Assembly: GCA_050692375.1 (NCBI GenBank)
Contig: JBOGVK010000234.1
Location: 1 to 54,940 of the forward strand
DNA from: Actinomycetota bacterium
GTDB lineage: Bacteria; Actinomycetota; UBA4738; HRBIN12
Length of the DNA stretch: 54,940 nt
Direction: 5' to 3'
The position numbers and the translations under genes are program-made. Positions 8,245 to 21,662 of this stretch are shown in pieces (position 1 is the stretch's first letter; every line of letters starts with the position of its first letter). Below the pieces are notes generated by a model, which saw only the letters and a program-made list of their open reading frames with translations, was not told the origin of the DNA and made no database searches.

Positions 8245-9486
8245 ATGACCCAGAAGGAGCCCCACACGTCCACGTCCAAGACTCGAGGACCGCACCGATG
8301 GTCCACTCGGCGCGGTCGGGTCGAGACAGGGGTCGCGCGCGTCGACCGGCGAACGAAGGATCTGGTCCCAAGGGCCACTCCGGGTGACGTCGCGGTGATC
8401 GACCACGAAGACCTCGACCGGGTGGCGGCCGAAGGGTTGGTCGAAGCGGGCGTCTCCGCCGTAGTGAACGCATCGGCCTCGATCAGCGGACGCTACCCGA
8501 ACCTGGGTCCGCTGGTCCTCACCGACGCCGGGATCCCACTCATCGATCGGGTCGGGCCCCTCCTGATGGAAAAGGTGCAGGAGGGCGACATCGTCCGCCT
8601 GGCGGGCGACCGGGTGTACGTTGGCGAGCAACTCGTCGCGGTGGGGATCCGGCAGGGTCACGATTCGGTCATCCGCGACATGGACGCCGCTCAGGCCGCA
8701 CTCGGCCAACGATTCGAGAGCTTCGCGCGCAACACCCTCGAGTACCTGCAGGAAGAGCGCGATCTGTTGTTCGGCGGATCCGGTCTGCCGGAGCTGCGTC
8801 ACGAGCTCGCCGGTCGTCCTGTGCTCGTCGTCGTCCGCGGGTACAGCTACCGGGAGGATCTGGCGGCGCTGCGCGCCTACATCCGAGATACCCGTCCCGT
8901 CCTCGTCGGCGTGGACGGAGGAGCCGATGCCTTGCTCGATGAGGGGTATCTGCCCGACCTGATCCTCGGCGACATGGACAGCGTGTCTGATCGAGCGCTC
9001 GGGCTCGCGATGAAGCGCCGCCGCGGACACCAGCCGACCGAGATCGTGCTGCACGCCTATACCGATGGGCACGCGCCGGGTGGCGCTCGGCTGGAGCGTC
9101 TCGGTGTGCCGTTCGCCGTCGTTCGGTCCGCCGGCACGAGCGAGGACGTCGCCTTCTTGCTTGCCCACGAGAAGCGCGCTGTCCTGATCGTCGCCGTCGG
9201 CACGCATGGGAACTTGCGGGAGTTCTTGGACAAGGGGCGCAAGGGCATGTCCAGCACGTTCCTCGTGCGTTTGCGCGTCGGCGAGATCCTGGTCGATGCG
9301 AAGGGCGTGTCCAGGATCTACGGGAACTCGCGCTTGCGCGCGCGGGACACGTTCCTGTTGGTCGGCTCGGCGCTCCTCACCATGCTGGTCGTCGTTGCGG
9401 CGATCTCTCCGTCCGTGCGCCTGTTCTTCGACCTCGCGTTCGAGCACGTACGGCAGTGGTTCTTCCATCTCAAGGAGTTGCTGTGA
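8245..9486 (+). CDS. steA: Putative cytokinetic ring protein SteA (Rv1697-like)
   Basis: GVARVDRRTKDLVPR..GDVAVIDHEDLDRVAAEGL is typical of the SteA family. It has a C-terminal TM helix and sits between recN and the MctB/SteB-like gene. The start choice (ATG 8245) is tentative. Confidence 0.78.
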   Translation: MTQKEPHTSTSKTRGPHRWSTRRGRVETGVARVDRRTKDLVPRATPGDVAVIDHEDLDRVAAEGLVEAGVSAVVNASASISGRYPNLGPLVLTDAGIPLIDRVGPLLMEKVQEGDIVRLAGDRVYVGEQLVAVGIRQGHDSVIRDMDAAQAALGQRFESFARNTLEYLQEERDLLFGGSGLPELRHELAGRPVLVVVRGYSYREDLAALRAYIRDTRPVLVGVDGGADALLDEGYLPDLILGDMDSVSDRALGLAMKRRRGHQPTEIVLHAYTDGHAPGGARLERLGVPFAVVRSAGTSEDVAFLLAHEKRAVLIVAVGTHGNLREFLDKGRKGMSSTFLVRLRVGEILVDAKGVSRIYGNSRLRARDTFLLVGSALLTMLVVVAAISPSVRLFFDLAFEHVRQWFFHLKELL

Positions 9487-10420
9487 TCCCCTGGCGGTAT
9501 CACCTGGTCTCGATCATGGCGATCTTCCTGGCCCTCGGGCTCGGCGTGGTCGTGGGCACGACCGTCATCAACCCAGGGTTGGTCAAGAATCTGAACAGCC
9601 AGACCGACGATCTCAAGCAGGAGCTCAACAACCAACAGAAGACGGACCAGGATCTGCGATCCCAGCTGGCAACGATGAACGCGTTCGGAGATCAGGCGAT
9701 GCCGTACCTGGTCGCCGGGACGCTGACCGGTGAGCAGGTCGTCGTCGTGACGGAAGAGGGCGTTGACGCTCGCGCGATTTCGGAGGCGCGGAAGGCGCTC
9801 GACCTCTCGGGCGCCAAGGTCCTTGCCACGCTCACGGTCCGCTCGACGATGGCTGCGGACAGTCCAACCACCAGGCGCGACCTGGCGACGTTGCTCGGAC
9901 AATCGCAGAACACGTCTGCCGGTCAACTGGCGTCGGACGCCGCCGGGGCGTTGGCGGAGCGCCTCGCGAAGGATCCTCGGGGCGACCTGTCCGGAAGCCC
10001 GGATGTGCTCGGAGAGCTGCTATCGCAGGGATTCTTGATCTCGTCGTCGCCGGATATCTCCAGTGCCACCCTCGGTGGGATCGGTGGCCGCGGACAATTG
10101 GTCGTGACGATCGGTGGCGGCGCGATCGACGAGCTCGTCCCACCCTCCGATACGTTCCTGGGACCGTTCGTGACGGACCTCATCGATGCCGGCGTCGTGA
10201 CAGGAGCCGGCGAAGCCATCGCGTCAGCGGACGGGTTCGTGAGCGGGCTGCGCTCGGCGCCGCGCGACCCCTCTGCCGCCGCGCTCGTGACGGTGGACAA
10301 CGTCGATCTCCCGGTCGGTGGATGCGCCATGGTGTTGGCGTTCGCCGACGCGATCTCCCAGGGAACGGGCGGGGACTACGGCGTGAAGGATGGCCTCTCC
10401 CGCTTGCTGCCACCGCTGGC

Positions 10421-10424
<4 letters not shown>
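9483..10424 (+). CDS. Copper transporter MctB / SteB-like membrane-anchored protein
   Basis: It has an N-terminal TM helix (YHLVSIMAIFLALGLGVVVG) followed by a coiled segment. Position after steA matches Rv1698. The GTG start overlaps the steA stop (GTGA). Confidence 0.7.
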
Positions 10425-13574
<3,150 letters not shown>

Positions 13575-13584
13575 GCCACTCGAC

Positions 13585-14100
13585 ATGCCGGAGCCGCTCG
13601 GTACGCGGACGGCGTTCCAGGGTCACGCGATCAGCGTCGACATCGAGGACTGGCCCGGACTGCCTCCCTACGACGTGGTCCGGCACCCGGGAGCCGCTGG
13701 GGTCCTCCCGCTCACGCCCGAGGGCGAGGTCCTGCTCGTGAAGCAGTTCCGGCCGGCGGTTCGTCAGGAGCTCACCGAGATACCGGCGGGCTTACTGGAT
13801 GTCGAAGGCGAGGACGCGCTCACGTGTGCGACGCGAGAGCTCTACGAGGAAACCGGGTATCGGCACGACGAGATCGAGTTCCTCGGTGGCTACTACTCGT
13901 CCGCAGGTTTCACCGACGAGTACGTCCACCTGTTCTGGGCCAGGACGCGGAGCGCGCCCGAAGTCGGGCCGGAGTCGGGCATCCAGATCGTGATGCGACC
14001 CTTCGACGCGATGGTGGCATCGGCGCGCGCCGGTCGGATCCGCGATGGGAAGACGGCCCTCGCACTCCTGCTCGCCGATCGGCGCCCATCGCTTCCGTGA
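13585..14100 (+). CDS. NUDIX hydrolase (ADP-ribose pyrophosphatase-like)
   Basis: It has a Nudix box-like region (GLLDVEGEDALTCATRELYEETG). Position after pyrG matches Rv1700. Confidence 0.85.
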   Translation: MPEPLGTRTAFQGHAISVDIEDWPGLPPYDVVRHPGAAGVLPLTPEGEVLLVKQFRPAVRQELTEIPAGLLDVEGEDALTCATRELYEETGYRHDEIEFLGGYYSSAGFTDEYVHLFWARTRSAPEVGPESGIQIVMRPFDAMVASARAGRIRDGKTALALLLADRRPSLP

Positions 14101-14150
14101 ACGTCAGTCTGAGGCTTGAGTAGGCTTTCGCGGGAGCAAGGGGGCGCCGG

Positions 14151-15275
14151 ATGATCGTCGGGATCCCGAAAGAGGTCAAAGACAACGAGTTCCGGGTCGC
14201 GGTGACGCCCGAGGGCGTTCGAGAGCTGGTGCATGCCGGCCATCGGGTCCTGGTCGAATCCGGTGCGGGGGATGGGTCGGCGCTACCGGACGATGGGTTC
14301 GCCGGCGCCGGCGCGGAGATCCTGCCCGACGCAGACTCGGTGTTCGCCGCCGCCGACATGATCGTCAAGGTCAAGGAGCCCCAACCTCAGGAGTACGAGC
14401 GTTTCCGCGAAGATCAGGTCCTGTTCACCTACCTGCATCTCGCAGCGGATGAAGGGCTTACGCGGTTCCTCGTCGAACGGAAGGTCGCCGCCGTCGCCTA
14501 CGAAACCGTGCAAACGCCCGACGGCCGGCTCCCACTGCTCGCGCCGATGTCCGAGATCGCCGGACGGATGGCTCCACACTGCGGCGCTGCGAACCTCGAA
14601 CGTCCGAAGGGCGGCCGCGGCGTGCTGATGGGCGGTTCGTCCGGCGTCGCCCCCGCGCTCGTCGTGGTGCTTGGCGCCGGGATGGCCGGGACGAACGCCG
14701 CATGGATCGCCGCGGGGATGGAGGCGGAGGTCGTCATCGTCGACCGGAACGTGGATCGGTTGCGATTCGTCGATCAGATCTGGCGTGGCCGGATCCAAAC
14801 GGTGATGTCGAGCGGTCTCGCGGTCGAGCGACTGGTGACCGAGGCGGACCTGGTCATCGGGGCCGTACTGGTGCCGGGAGCGAAAGCTCCACATCTCGTC
14901 TCCGAGTCGATGGTCGCCGGGATGCAGGCCGGCGCGGTCGTCGTAGACATCTCGATCGACCAGGGGGGATGCTTCGAGACCTCACACATGACGACGCACT
15001 CGAACCCTACGTTCGTCGTGCACGACGTAGTCCACTATTGCGTCGGCAACATGCCGGGCGCGGTCCCTCGCACGTCGACCTACGCGTTGACGAACGTCAC
15101 GATCCCGTACGCCGTCGAGATCGCGAACGCCGGGCTGGAGCGCGCCGTGCGGGCAGATCCCGCGCTCGGTGTCGGCGTGAACGTCTACGGCGGGCACGTG
15201 ACGAACGCACGTGTCGCAGAGGCACACGGCATGGCCATGTCACCGCTCGGCTCGCTCGTCGACCGGCTAGGCTGA
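14151..15275 (+). CDS. ald: Alanine dehydrogenase
   Basis: MIVGIPKEVKDNEFRVA is the classical N-terminus, and VVLGAGMAG is the Rossmann motif. Length is 374 aa. Confidence 0.95.
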   Translation: MIVGIPKEVKDNEFRVAVTPEGVRELVHAGHRVLVESGAGDGSALPDDGFAGAGAEILPDADSVFAAADMIVKVKEPQPQEYERFREDQVLFTYLHLAADEGLTRFLVERKVAAVAYETVQTPDGRLPLLAPMSEIAGRMAPHCGAANLERPKGGRGVLMGGSSGVAPALVVVLGAGMAGTNAAWIAAGMEAEVVIVDRNVDRLRFVDQIWRGRIQTVMSSGLAVERLVTEADLVIGAVLVPGAKAPHLVSESMVAGMQAGAVVVDISIDQGGCFETSHMTTHSNPTFVVHDVVHYCVGNMPGAVPRTSTYALTNVTIPYAVEIANAGLERAVRADPALGVGVNVYGGHVTNARVAEAHGMAMSPLGSLVDRLG

Positions 15276-15291
15276 CGGTCGGCGGCCGGCG

Positions 15292-16236
15292 ATGGGGGAC
15301 ACCCTCGCGGTCTGGGTCGGCCGGTACCTCGATCACCTGACGGTAGAACGCGGTCTCTCCACGAACACGCTGGCGGCATACCGCCGCGACCTCAACCGGT
15401 ACGTGGCGTTCTGCGGGAAACGCGACGTGATCGCGCCCGAGCAGGTCGTCGATGCCACGATCCGGTCGTTCGTCGCCTCGATCTCGGCCTCGCCATGGGG
15501 GGAGGACGAACGCCCGTACAGCGCGCGCTCGGTGGCGCGGGCGCTCTCGAGCGTGCGATCGTTCCACGGGTTCCTGGTGCGCGAAGGCGCCGCCGACCGT
15601 GATCCCGCGGCCGACGTCGTCCAACCGAAGCTCCCGCGGTCGTTGCCACATCCCTTGTCCATCGATGAGATCGCCCGCCTCGTGGAGGCCCCCGACGGCG
15701 GGACCTCGGCGGGGCTCCGCGATCGTGCGATCCTGGAGGTCCTGTATGGGGCGGGCCTGCGGATCTCCGAGCTCGTGGGGCTCGATGTCGACGATGTCGA
15801 CCTGGAGGAGGGGTTCGTCCGCGTCCTGGGAAAAGGCGGGAAGGAACGCGAGGTCCCGCTCGGTGGGTTCGGGCGGGAGGCGGTGGGCGCCTACCTGGCC
15901 CGGATTCGGCCGATGTTCGCATCCGCGACCACGCGAGGGGCGTTGTTCCTCAATCAACGCGGCGGGCGACTCTCGAGACAGAGTTGTGCGCGCCTGCTCG
16001 CGGCTCATGCGAGGACAGCGCGGATCGAGCGGCGGGTGACGCTTCATACGTTGCGCCACTCGTTCGCGACCCATCTCTTGGAGGGTGGGGCGGACATCCG
16101 TGTCGTGCAGGAGCTCCTGGGTCACGCGAGCGTCGCCACCACGCAGATCTACACCCTGGTGACCAAGGACCACCTCCGTGAGGTGTACTACACGTCGCAC
16201 CCCCGCGCGAGACGCGGGGCGACCGAGGGGAGATGA
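15292..16236 (+). CDS. xerD: Site-specific tyrosine recombinase XerD
   Basis: It has the C-terminal catalytic region HTLRHSFATHLLEGGADIRVVQELLGHASVATTQIYT. Housekeeping synteny after pyrG and NUDIX supports the call. Confidence 0.9.
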   Translation: MGDTLAVWVGRYLDHLTVERGLSTNTLAAYRRDLNRYVAFCGKRDVIAPEQVVDATIRSFVASISASPWGEDERPYSARSVARALSSVRSFHGFLVREGAADRDPAADVVQPKLPRSLPHPLSIDEIARLVEAPDGGTSAGLRDRAILEVLYGAGLRISELVGLDVDDVDLEEGFVRVLGKGGKEREVPLGGFGREAVGAYLARIRPMFASATTRGALFLNQRGGRLSRQSCARLLAAHARTARIERRVTLHTLRHSFATHLLEGGADIRVVQELLGHASVATTQIYTLVTKDHLREVYYTSHPRARRGATEGR

Positions 16237-16598
16237 GCCACATGGCCGACGAAGCGTTCATCGAGCGCGTGCGGCGGGAGCTGCAAGAGCACCGCGATCA
16301 CCTCCGTCGCGAGATCGCGGATCAGGGCGCCGACCCCGACGCCGACGAAGTGGCGTTCGTCGACGACGCGGGCTTCTCGGATCGGTCGCACAGTACGGAG
16401 GAACGTTCGCGGCTCATCGCGCTCGTCAAGGCGCTCCGTTCGAACCTGCGCGACGCCGAGCGGGCGCTCGCGAAGATGGATGCGGGGAGCTACGGCACGT
16501 GTGAGCGCTGTGGGAACGCGATCACGCCCGAGCGTTTGGAGGCGCTCCCATGGGCGGTCCTGTGCATCGATTGCAAGCAGCGGGGCGTCGCCGGGTGA
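16233..16598 (+). CDS. DksA/TraR family C4-type zinc-finger protein
   Basis: It carries CERCGNAI...LCIDCK (CxxC-x17-CxxC) after a helical N-terminal region. The ATG overlaps the xerD stop (ATGA). Confidence 0.8.
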   Translation: MSHMADEAFIERVRRELQEHRDHLRREIADQGADPDADEVAFVDDAGFSDRSHSTEERSRLIALVKALRSNLRDAERALAKMDAGSYGTCERCGNAITPERLEALPWAVLCIDCKQRGVAG

Positions 16599-17788
16599 GC
16601 GATCTCTTGGTGCCGCGGGTCGCGCTCGTCGTGTGCGACTCGTGGGGCGTGGGCGACGCCCCGGACGCCGAGGCCTATAGCGACGAAGATGCCGACACGC
16701 TGGGGAACACCTCACGGGCCGTCGGGGGATTCCGCGCCCCCAACCTCGAGGCGCTCGGCCTCGGCCACCTGACGAAGATCGAGGGTGTTCGACCGCGCGC
16801 GGATGCCGGGGCCGCCTACGGTCGTGCCACCGAGCGCTCGGCGGGGAAAGACACGACCACGGGTCATTGGGAGATGATGGGCATCCTGCTCGAACGCCCA
16901 TTTCCCCTGTACCCCAACGGGTTTCCGGCAGGTATCATCGAGTCGTTCGAACGGGCGATCGGCCGGAAGATCCTGGGGAACGTTCCCGCCTCCGGAACCG
17001 AGATCGTCTCGGAGCTCGGAGATGAGCACGTGAGAACGGGTCGGCCGATCGTGTATACGAGTGGAGACTCGGTCTTCCAGATCGCCTGTCACCGAAGTGT
17101 GGTGCCGCTCCCGACGCTCTATGAGTGGTGCCGGGTCGCCCGTCGTCTCTTGCACGGCGAGCACGCGGTGGGCCGTGTGATCGCCCGGCCGTTCGATGGG
17201 GAGGCCGGCGCGTTCGTGCGGACACCGGAGCGCCGCGACTTCTCACTGCCGCCCCCAGGGCCGACGGTCCTCGACGCCCTCATCGATGCGGGGATCCCCG
17301 TGCATGCGGTCGGCAAGATCCGGGACATCTTCTCGGGTCAAGGCATCACGGAAGGCCGCTACTCGGATTCGAACGATCACGGGGTGGAGCTGACGCTCGA
17401 GTACCTGCGTCGCCCTCCGCCTTCGTTCGTCTTCGCGAACCTCGTGGACTTCGACTCGAAGTACGGACACCGCAACGACGTGGCCGGTTACGCGGCAGCG
17501 GTCGAGACGTTCGATGAACGGCTTCCGGAGATCGTCGAGGCCCTCCATGGTGGCGTGTTGTTCATCACCGGGGACCACGGTTGTGACCCAACCACGCCGT
17601 CGACCGATCACACACGGGAACGGACGCCACTCCTAGCTGCGGGTCTGCCGGAAGAACCTCACGAGATCGGAACCCGCGAGTCCTTCGGAGACCTCGGACA
17701 CACGATCGCCGCCCTCCTCGGGGTCGAGGTCAAGGATGATCGGGTCATCGGTGTTCCCTTCGCGGATCGCATCGGGTTCGGGGGATGA
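16595..17788 (+). CDS. deoB: Phosphopentomutase
   Basis: It contains VCDSWGVGDAPDA, GKDTTTGHWEMMG and TGDHGCDPT motifs. The GTG start overlaps the upstream stop (GTGA). Confidence 0.9.
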   Translation: MSDLLVPRVALVVCDSWGVGDAPDAEAYSDEDADTLGNTSRAVGGFRAPNLEALGLGHLTKIEGVRPRADAGAAYGRATERSAGKDTTTGHWEMMGILLERPFPLYPNGFPAGIIESFERAIGRKILGNVPASGTEIVSELGDEHVRTGRPIVYTSGDSVFQIACHRSVVPLPTLYEWCRVARRLLHGEHAVGRVIARPFDGEAGAFVRTPERRDFSLPPPGPTVLDALIDAGIPVHAVGKIRDIFSGQGITEGRYSDSNDHGVELTLEYLRRPPPSFVFANLVDFDSKYGHRNDVAGYAAAVETFDERLPEIVEALHGGVLFITGDHGCDPTTPSTDHTRERTPLLAAGLPEEPHEIGTRESFGDLGHTIAALLGVEVKDDRVIGVPFADRIGFGG

Positions 17789-17840
17789 GCGAGGTCGAGC
17801 GTGGTCCGTCGCTCACCTTCAGGTGGAGGATGACCTCGGC

Positions 17841-19202
17841 ATGACCCTTTCAGATCCACGAGCGATCGTGGGCCGCAAGCGCGACGGAGAGTCGCTCACT
17901 CCCGCCGACATCCAAGCCTTCGTCGAGGGTTACACCAGGGGTGAGGTCACCGACGCGCTCGCGGCGGCGTTCCTCATGGCGTGCCTGATACGGGGTCTCG
18001 ATGACGCGGAAACGCTCGCGCTCACGAGAACCATGATCGACTCGGGCGAAACGGTCACGTTCGGCGAGTTGGGGCATCCGACCGTGGACAAGCATTCCAC
18101 CGGCGGCGTGGCCGACGGTGTCACCCTGGTGTTCGCTCCGCTCGCCGCGGCACTCGATCTGGCGGTCGCGAAGCTCTCCGGGAGGGGACTGGGTCACACG
18201 GGTGGAACGCTCGACAAGCTGGAGTCCATCCCGGGCCTGCGGACCGATCTCTCACCGGATCAGATGGCGCGCCAGGTGGCCGATATCGGTTGCGCGGTTG
18301 CCGCTCAGTCTCCGAACCTGGTTCCGGCGGACGGCGCGCTCTACGCGCTCCGCGATGCGACCGCGACGGTCCCATCGATCTCCTTGATCGCCGCCAGCGT
18401 GATGTCGAAGAAGCTTGCGGTCGAGACCGACCTGATCCTGCTCGACGTGAAGTCGGGGTCGGGAGCGTTCATGAAGACGCCCGACGCCGCCGGCGAGCTG
18501 GCGGAGGCGTGCCTGCGTCTGGCGCAGGGATGGGGGCGGCGCGCCTGTGCGGCCGTCACGGACATGTCACAGCCGCTCGGTGACGCGGTCGGGAACGCGC
18601 TCGACATCGTGGAGGCGGTAGAGCTCCTGCGTGGGAACCATCGAGGGCGACTGCGGGACCTTGCCGTGCTCTTCGCTGCGCGAGCACTCGAGATCACCGA
18701 AGACGTTGCGCATCCCGAAGCGGTTGCCCGCACGGAGCGAGCACTCGACGGCGGTCATGCGTTGGAACGGTTCCGTCGGATGATCGAGGCGCAGGGCGGG
18801 GATCCCCATGTGATCGACGATCCGCACGCGATCTTGCCCGAAGCGCCGGTGATCCTCCCGATCCTGCAGGAGCGAGCAGGTACGCTCGCCGCCGTGGATG
18901 CGGAGGAGATCGGACTCTCCAGCGGCGCCCTCGGTGCGGGCAGGACACGTAAGGGCGAGGTCATCGACCCGGCGGTCGGGATCGTGGTGCGCTGCAAGAT
19001 CGGGGATCGATTGGCCGCGGGAGACCCGATCGGCGAGGTGCATGCCCGGTCCGACGATGACGCGCGGGCCGCGATCCGGCGGGTGCTCGCGGCTCTCTCG
19101 ATTGTCGAGGGCGACGTGACACCCCCGCCGCTCGTCGACCGTTGGATCGACGACGCCGGGAGCGGTTCGGGCAGCGATGAACCGGCCGAGGCCGCTCGAT
19201 GA
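17841..19202 (+). CDS. deoA: Thymidine / pyrimidine-nucleoside phosphorylase
   Basis: It contains DKHSTGGVADGVTL and GRGLGHTGGTLDKLESIPG signatures. The start was taken at MTLSDPRAIV (ATG 17841). Confidence 0.9.
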   Translation: MTLSDPRAIVGRKRDGESLTPADIQAFVEGYTRGEVTDALAAAFLMACLIRGLDDAETLALTRTMIDSGETVTFGELGHPTVDKHSTGGVADGVTLVFAPLAAALDLAVAKLSGRGLGHTGGTLDKLESIPGLRTDLSPDQMARQVADIGCAVAAQSPNLVPADGALYALRDATATVPSISLIAASVMSKKLAVETDLILLDVKSGSGAFMKTPDAAGELAEACLRLAQGWGRRACAAVTDMSQPLGDAVGNALDIVEAVELLRGNHRGRLRDLAVLFAARALEITEDVAHPEAVARTERALDGGHALERFRRMIEAQGGDPHVIDDPHAILPEAPVILPILQERAGTLAAVDAEEIGLSSGALGAGRTRKGEVIDPAVGIVVRCKIGDRLAAGDPIGEVHARSDDDARAAIRRVLAALSIVEGDVTPPPLVDRWIDDAGSGSGSDEPAEAAR

Positions 19203-19849
19203 CCGCCTTCCGCTTCGCCGTCGACCTCGCCGGCTCCCTCGTGGTCGGGATGAGTGCGCGAGAGTACGCGCGAGCCTTCATGGCCACGCGACTGGGGGAC
19301 CCGACGCCCCGACTATGGGGTCGGTTGAGCCTGAACCCGAAGTCGTGGTTCGATCCGTTCGGGAGCGGGCTGTTGGCGGGGATGATCCTGCTGTTGTGGG
19401 CGGCGAGCGCGAGCTTCCTGCCACCTCCCGTCGCCTACGCGAAGCCGGCTCCGATCGACCCGAACCACTTCAAGAACCGGACCCGCGACACCGTCCTCAC
19501 CGCCCTCGCGGGCCCCGTTGCGAACCTGACGCTCGGCGCGGTCGCCGGGGTGGGTTTGCGCTCGGGGATCGGCGGCGATGCCGCCCTCATCCTGCTCGCC
19601 TTCCTCCTCACCAACGTCTCGCTGCTCGTGTTCCATCTGATGCCGATCCCCGGACTCGACGGCGCGCGCATCGTCGGATTAGCGCTGCCACCCCGGGCCG
19701 CCGAGGTCTACCGCAACGCCGACCAGTACCTCGCGTTGATCGTGCTCATCGTGTTGTTCCTCTTCGCCGGACCGTTGATCTCGATCGTGCGCTCGCTCAC
19801 CGATTCGCTCTGTAGGCTCCTCGCCGGTTTCGGCTGCTACCCCTTCTAG
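19199..19849 (+). CDS. Site-2 protease (peptidase M50)-family membrane protein, with the HExxH site degenerated to RExxR
   Basis: It has RLGDPTPRLWGRLSLNPKSWFDPFGS and the FHLMPIPGLDG motif typical of small S2P homologs. The expected HExxH reads REYAR. The ATG overlaps the deoA stop (ATGA). Confidence 0.7.
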   Translation: MTAFRFAVDLAGSLVVGMSAREYARAFMATRLGDPTPRLWGRLSLNPKSWFDPFGSGLLAGMILLLWAASASFLPPPVAYAKPAPIDPNHFKNRTRDTVLTALAGPVANLTLGAVAGVGLRSGIGGDAALILLAFLLTNVSLLVFHLMPIPGLDGARIVGLALPPRAAEVYRNADQYLALIVLIVLFLFAGPLISIVRSLTDSLCRLLAGFGCYPF

Positions 19850-19953
19850 CTGAGGTTCTTGGCTCCGGCTCTGAGTTCCCGGCCGAGCGAAGATGCCGCG
19901 CTATCCTTGCGCGCATCGAGCCAACGATCTCCAACATCGACCGCGGCGCACGC

Positions 19954-20925
19954 GTGCTGACGGGGTTCCGGCCCACCGGGCCGCTGCATGTCGGGCATTG
20001 GGCCGGCAACGTCGGGAACGCCGTCCGCCTGCAAGCCGAGGGGTACGAGTGCTTCTACTTCGTCGCGGACTGGCACATGCTCACGACGCACTACGACCGC
20101 ACGGAAACGCTCCCGGCGGCGGTCGAGGGGCTTGTCCTGGATCTGCTGGCGGCCGGGATCGACCCCGAGCGCTCGGTCGTCTACCGCCAGTCGGCCCTCC
20201 CCGAGGTCGCAGAGATGACTCTCCTGCTGGGGATGATCACGCCACTCGGTTGGCTGGAACGGGTCCCCACGTTCAAGGAGCGCTTGCGCGACATGGCCGA
20301 GCGCGACATCGCGAACTTCGGTCTCCTCGGCTATCCGCTCCTTCAGACCGTGGACATCGCGATCGTGCAAGGGACCCTGGTGCCGGTCGGGGAGGACCAA
20401 GTGTCGCACCTCGAGATCTCGCGCGAGATCGTGCGACGTTTCAACCGGTTGTACGGCGAGGTCCTGGTGGAACCGCAGGCGTTGCTGTCGGACTGGCCGA
20501 CGATCCCCGGCTCCGACGGCCGGAAGATGTCGAAATCGTTGGACAACACGATCGACCTCGCCGACGACGCCGATACGATCCGTGCCAAGACCCGAGCGTT
20601 CCTGACCGATCCCCAGAAGCTCCGCAAAGGCGATCCCGGACGACCCGAGATCTGTCCAGTATTCGCGTTGCACCGCAAGTTCTCTCCGGACATCCTCGAC
20701 TGGACCGACGCCCACTGCCGTACGGGAGAGCTCGGCTGCGTCGACTGCAAGGCGAACCTGGCCGACCGGATCATCGAGCAGCTGCAGCCGTTCCGCGAAC
20801 GCCGGGCCGAGCTGGCACACCAGCCGGGTCTCGTGACCGACGTGCTCGACGCGGGGGCCGAGAAGGTGCGTCCGGTCGTAGAGAAAACGATGGCCGCCGT
20901 CCGAGCGGCGATGCACTTCGCATGA
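19954..20925 (+). CDS. trpS: Tryptophan--tRNA ligase
   Basis: It has the class I signatures PTGPLHVGHWAG (HIGH-like) and KMSKS. Length is 323 aa. Confidence 0.95.
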   Translation: MLTGFRPTGPLHVGHWAGNVGNAVRLQAEGYECFYFVADWHMLTTHYDRTETLPAAVEGLVLDLLAAGIDPERSVVYRQSALPEVAEMTLLLGMITPLGWLERVPTFKERLRDMAERDIANFGLLGYPLLQTVDIAIVQGTLVPVGEDQVSHLEISREIVRRFNRLYGEVLVEPQALLSDWPTIPGSDGRKMSKSLDNTIDLADDADTIRAKTRAFLTDPQKLRKGDPGRPEICPVFALHRKFSPDILDWTDAHCRTGELGCVDCKANLADRIIEQLQPFRERRAELAHQPGLVTDVLDAGAEKVRPVVEKTMAAVRAAMHFA

Positions 20926-21662
20926 GCGATACCAGCCCCGCCGGCAGCTTCGCCGTCGACCTCCCTGTCTTCACGGGTCCCTTCCGGTTGCTGGCCGAGC
21001 TGATCTTGGAGCACAAGGTGGATGTGTGCGACATCGCCGTCGCGACCGTCACCGATCGCTACCTGGCCTACGCCAAGGAAGCCGAGGCGTGGAACTTGGA
21101 GGAAGCGACCTGGTTCCTGGCGATCTGCTCGATGCTGTTGGAACTGAAGGTCGGCCGCCTCATGCCGCGACACACCGAGCCGGACGAGGACGATCTTCTC
21201 GGCGCATCGCCCGATCTCGCATACGCGCGGAGCCGGGAGCTCGCCGCGTTCCGCAAGGTGGCGGTCGAGCTCTCGCGCCGGTTGGAGGACGAAGCGGGGT
21301 TCTTCGCGCGGGACGTGGGTCCGGGTCCGGAGTACTCCCATCTCTACCCGGATCCGATGGCTTCACTCGCGGCCGGCGATCTCGCGAGATTCGCGGCACA
21401 GCTGTTGCGCCCGGCGCCCACGCTCGACCTCTCCCACGTCACCCCGATCCGGTACTCGGTCGAGGATGCCATGACGGCGGTCGAAGAACGGATGCAGGGG
21501 TGGGGGGGCCTGGCTTCGTTCCGCGATCTCGTGGCGGACTGTCCCGACCGGATCCACGTCGTGGTTCGGTTCCTGGCCATCCTCGAGTTGTACCGTGAAG
21601 GGAAGGTCGAGCTTCAGCAGGGACCGACGTTCGGAGAGATCGAGGTGGAGTGGAATGCCTGA
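20922..21662 (+). CDS. scpA: Segregation and condensation protein A
   Basis: FAVDLPVFTGPFRLLAELILEHKVDVCDIAVATVTDRYL is the typical ScpA N-terminus. The ATG overlaps the trpS stop (ATGA). Confidence 0.9.
   Translation: MSDTSPAGSFAVDLPVFTGPFRLLAELILEHKVDVCDIAVATVTDRYLAYAKEAEAWNLEEATWFLAICSMLLELKVGRLMPRHTEPDEDDLLGASPDLAYARSRELAAFRKVAVELSRRLEDEAGFFARDVGPGPEYSHLYPDPMASLAAGDLARFAAQLLRPAPTLDLSHVTPIRYSVEDAMTAVEERMQGWGGLASFRDLVADCPDRIHVVVRFLAILELYREGKVELQQGPTFGEIEVEWNA

Noticed and set aside
15292-16236. Tyrosine recombinase as a mobile-element integrase.
   Set aside because: The sequence and its position after pyrG and NUDIX match the housekeeping chromosome-dimer resolvase XerD (Rv1701 context). 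There are no flanking repeats or phage/ICE genes.
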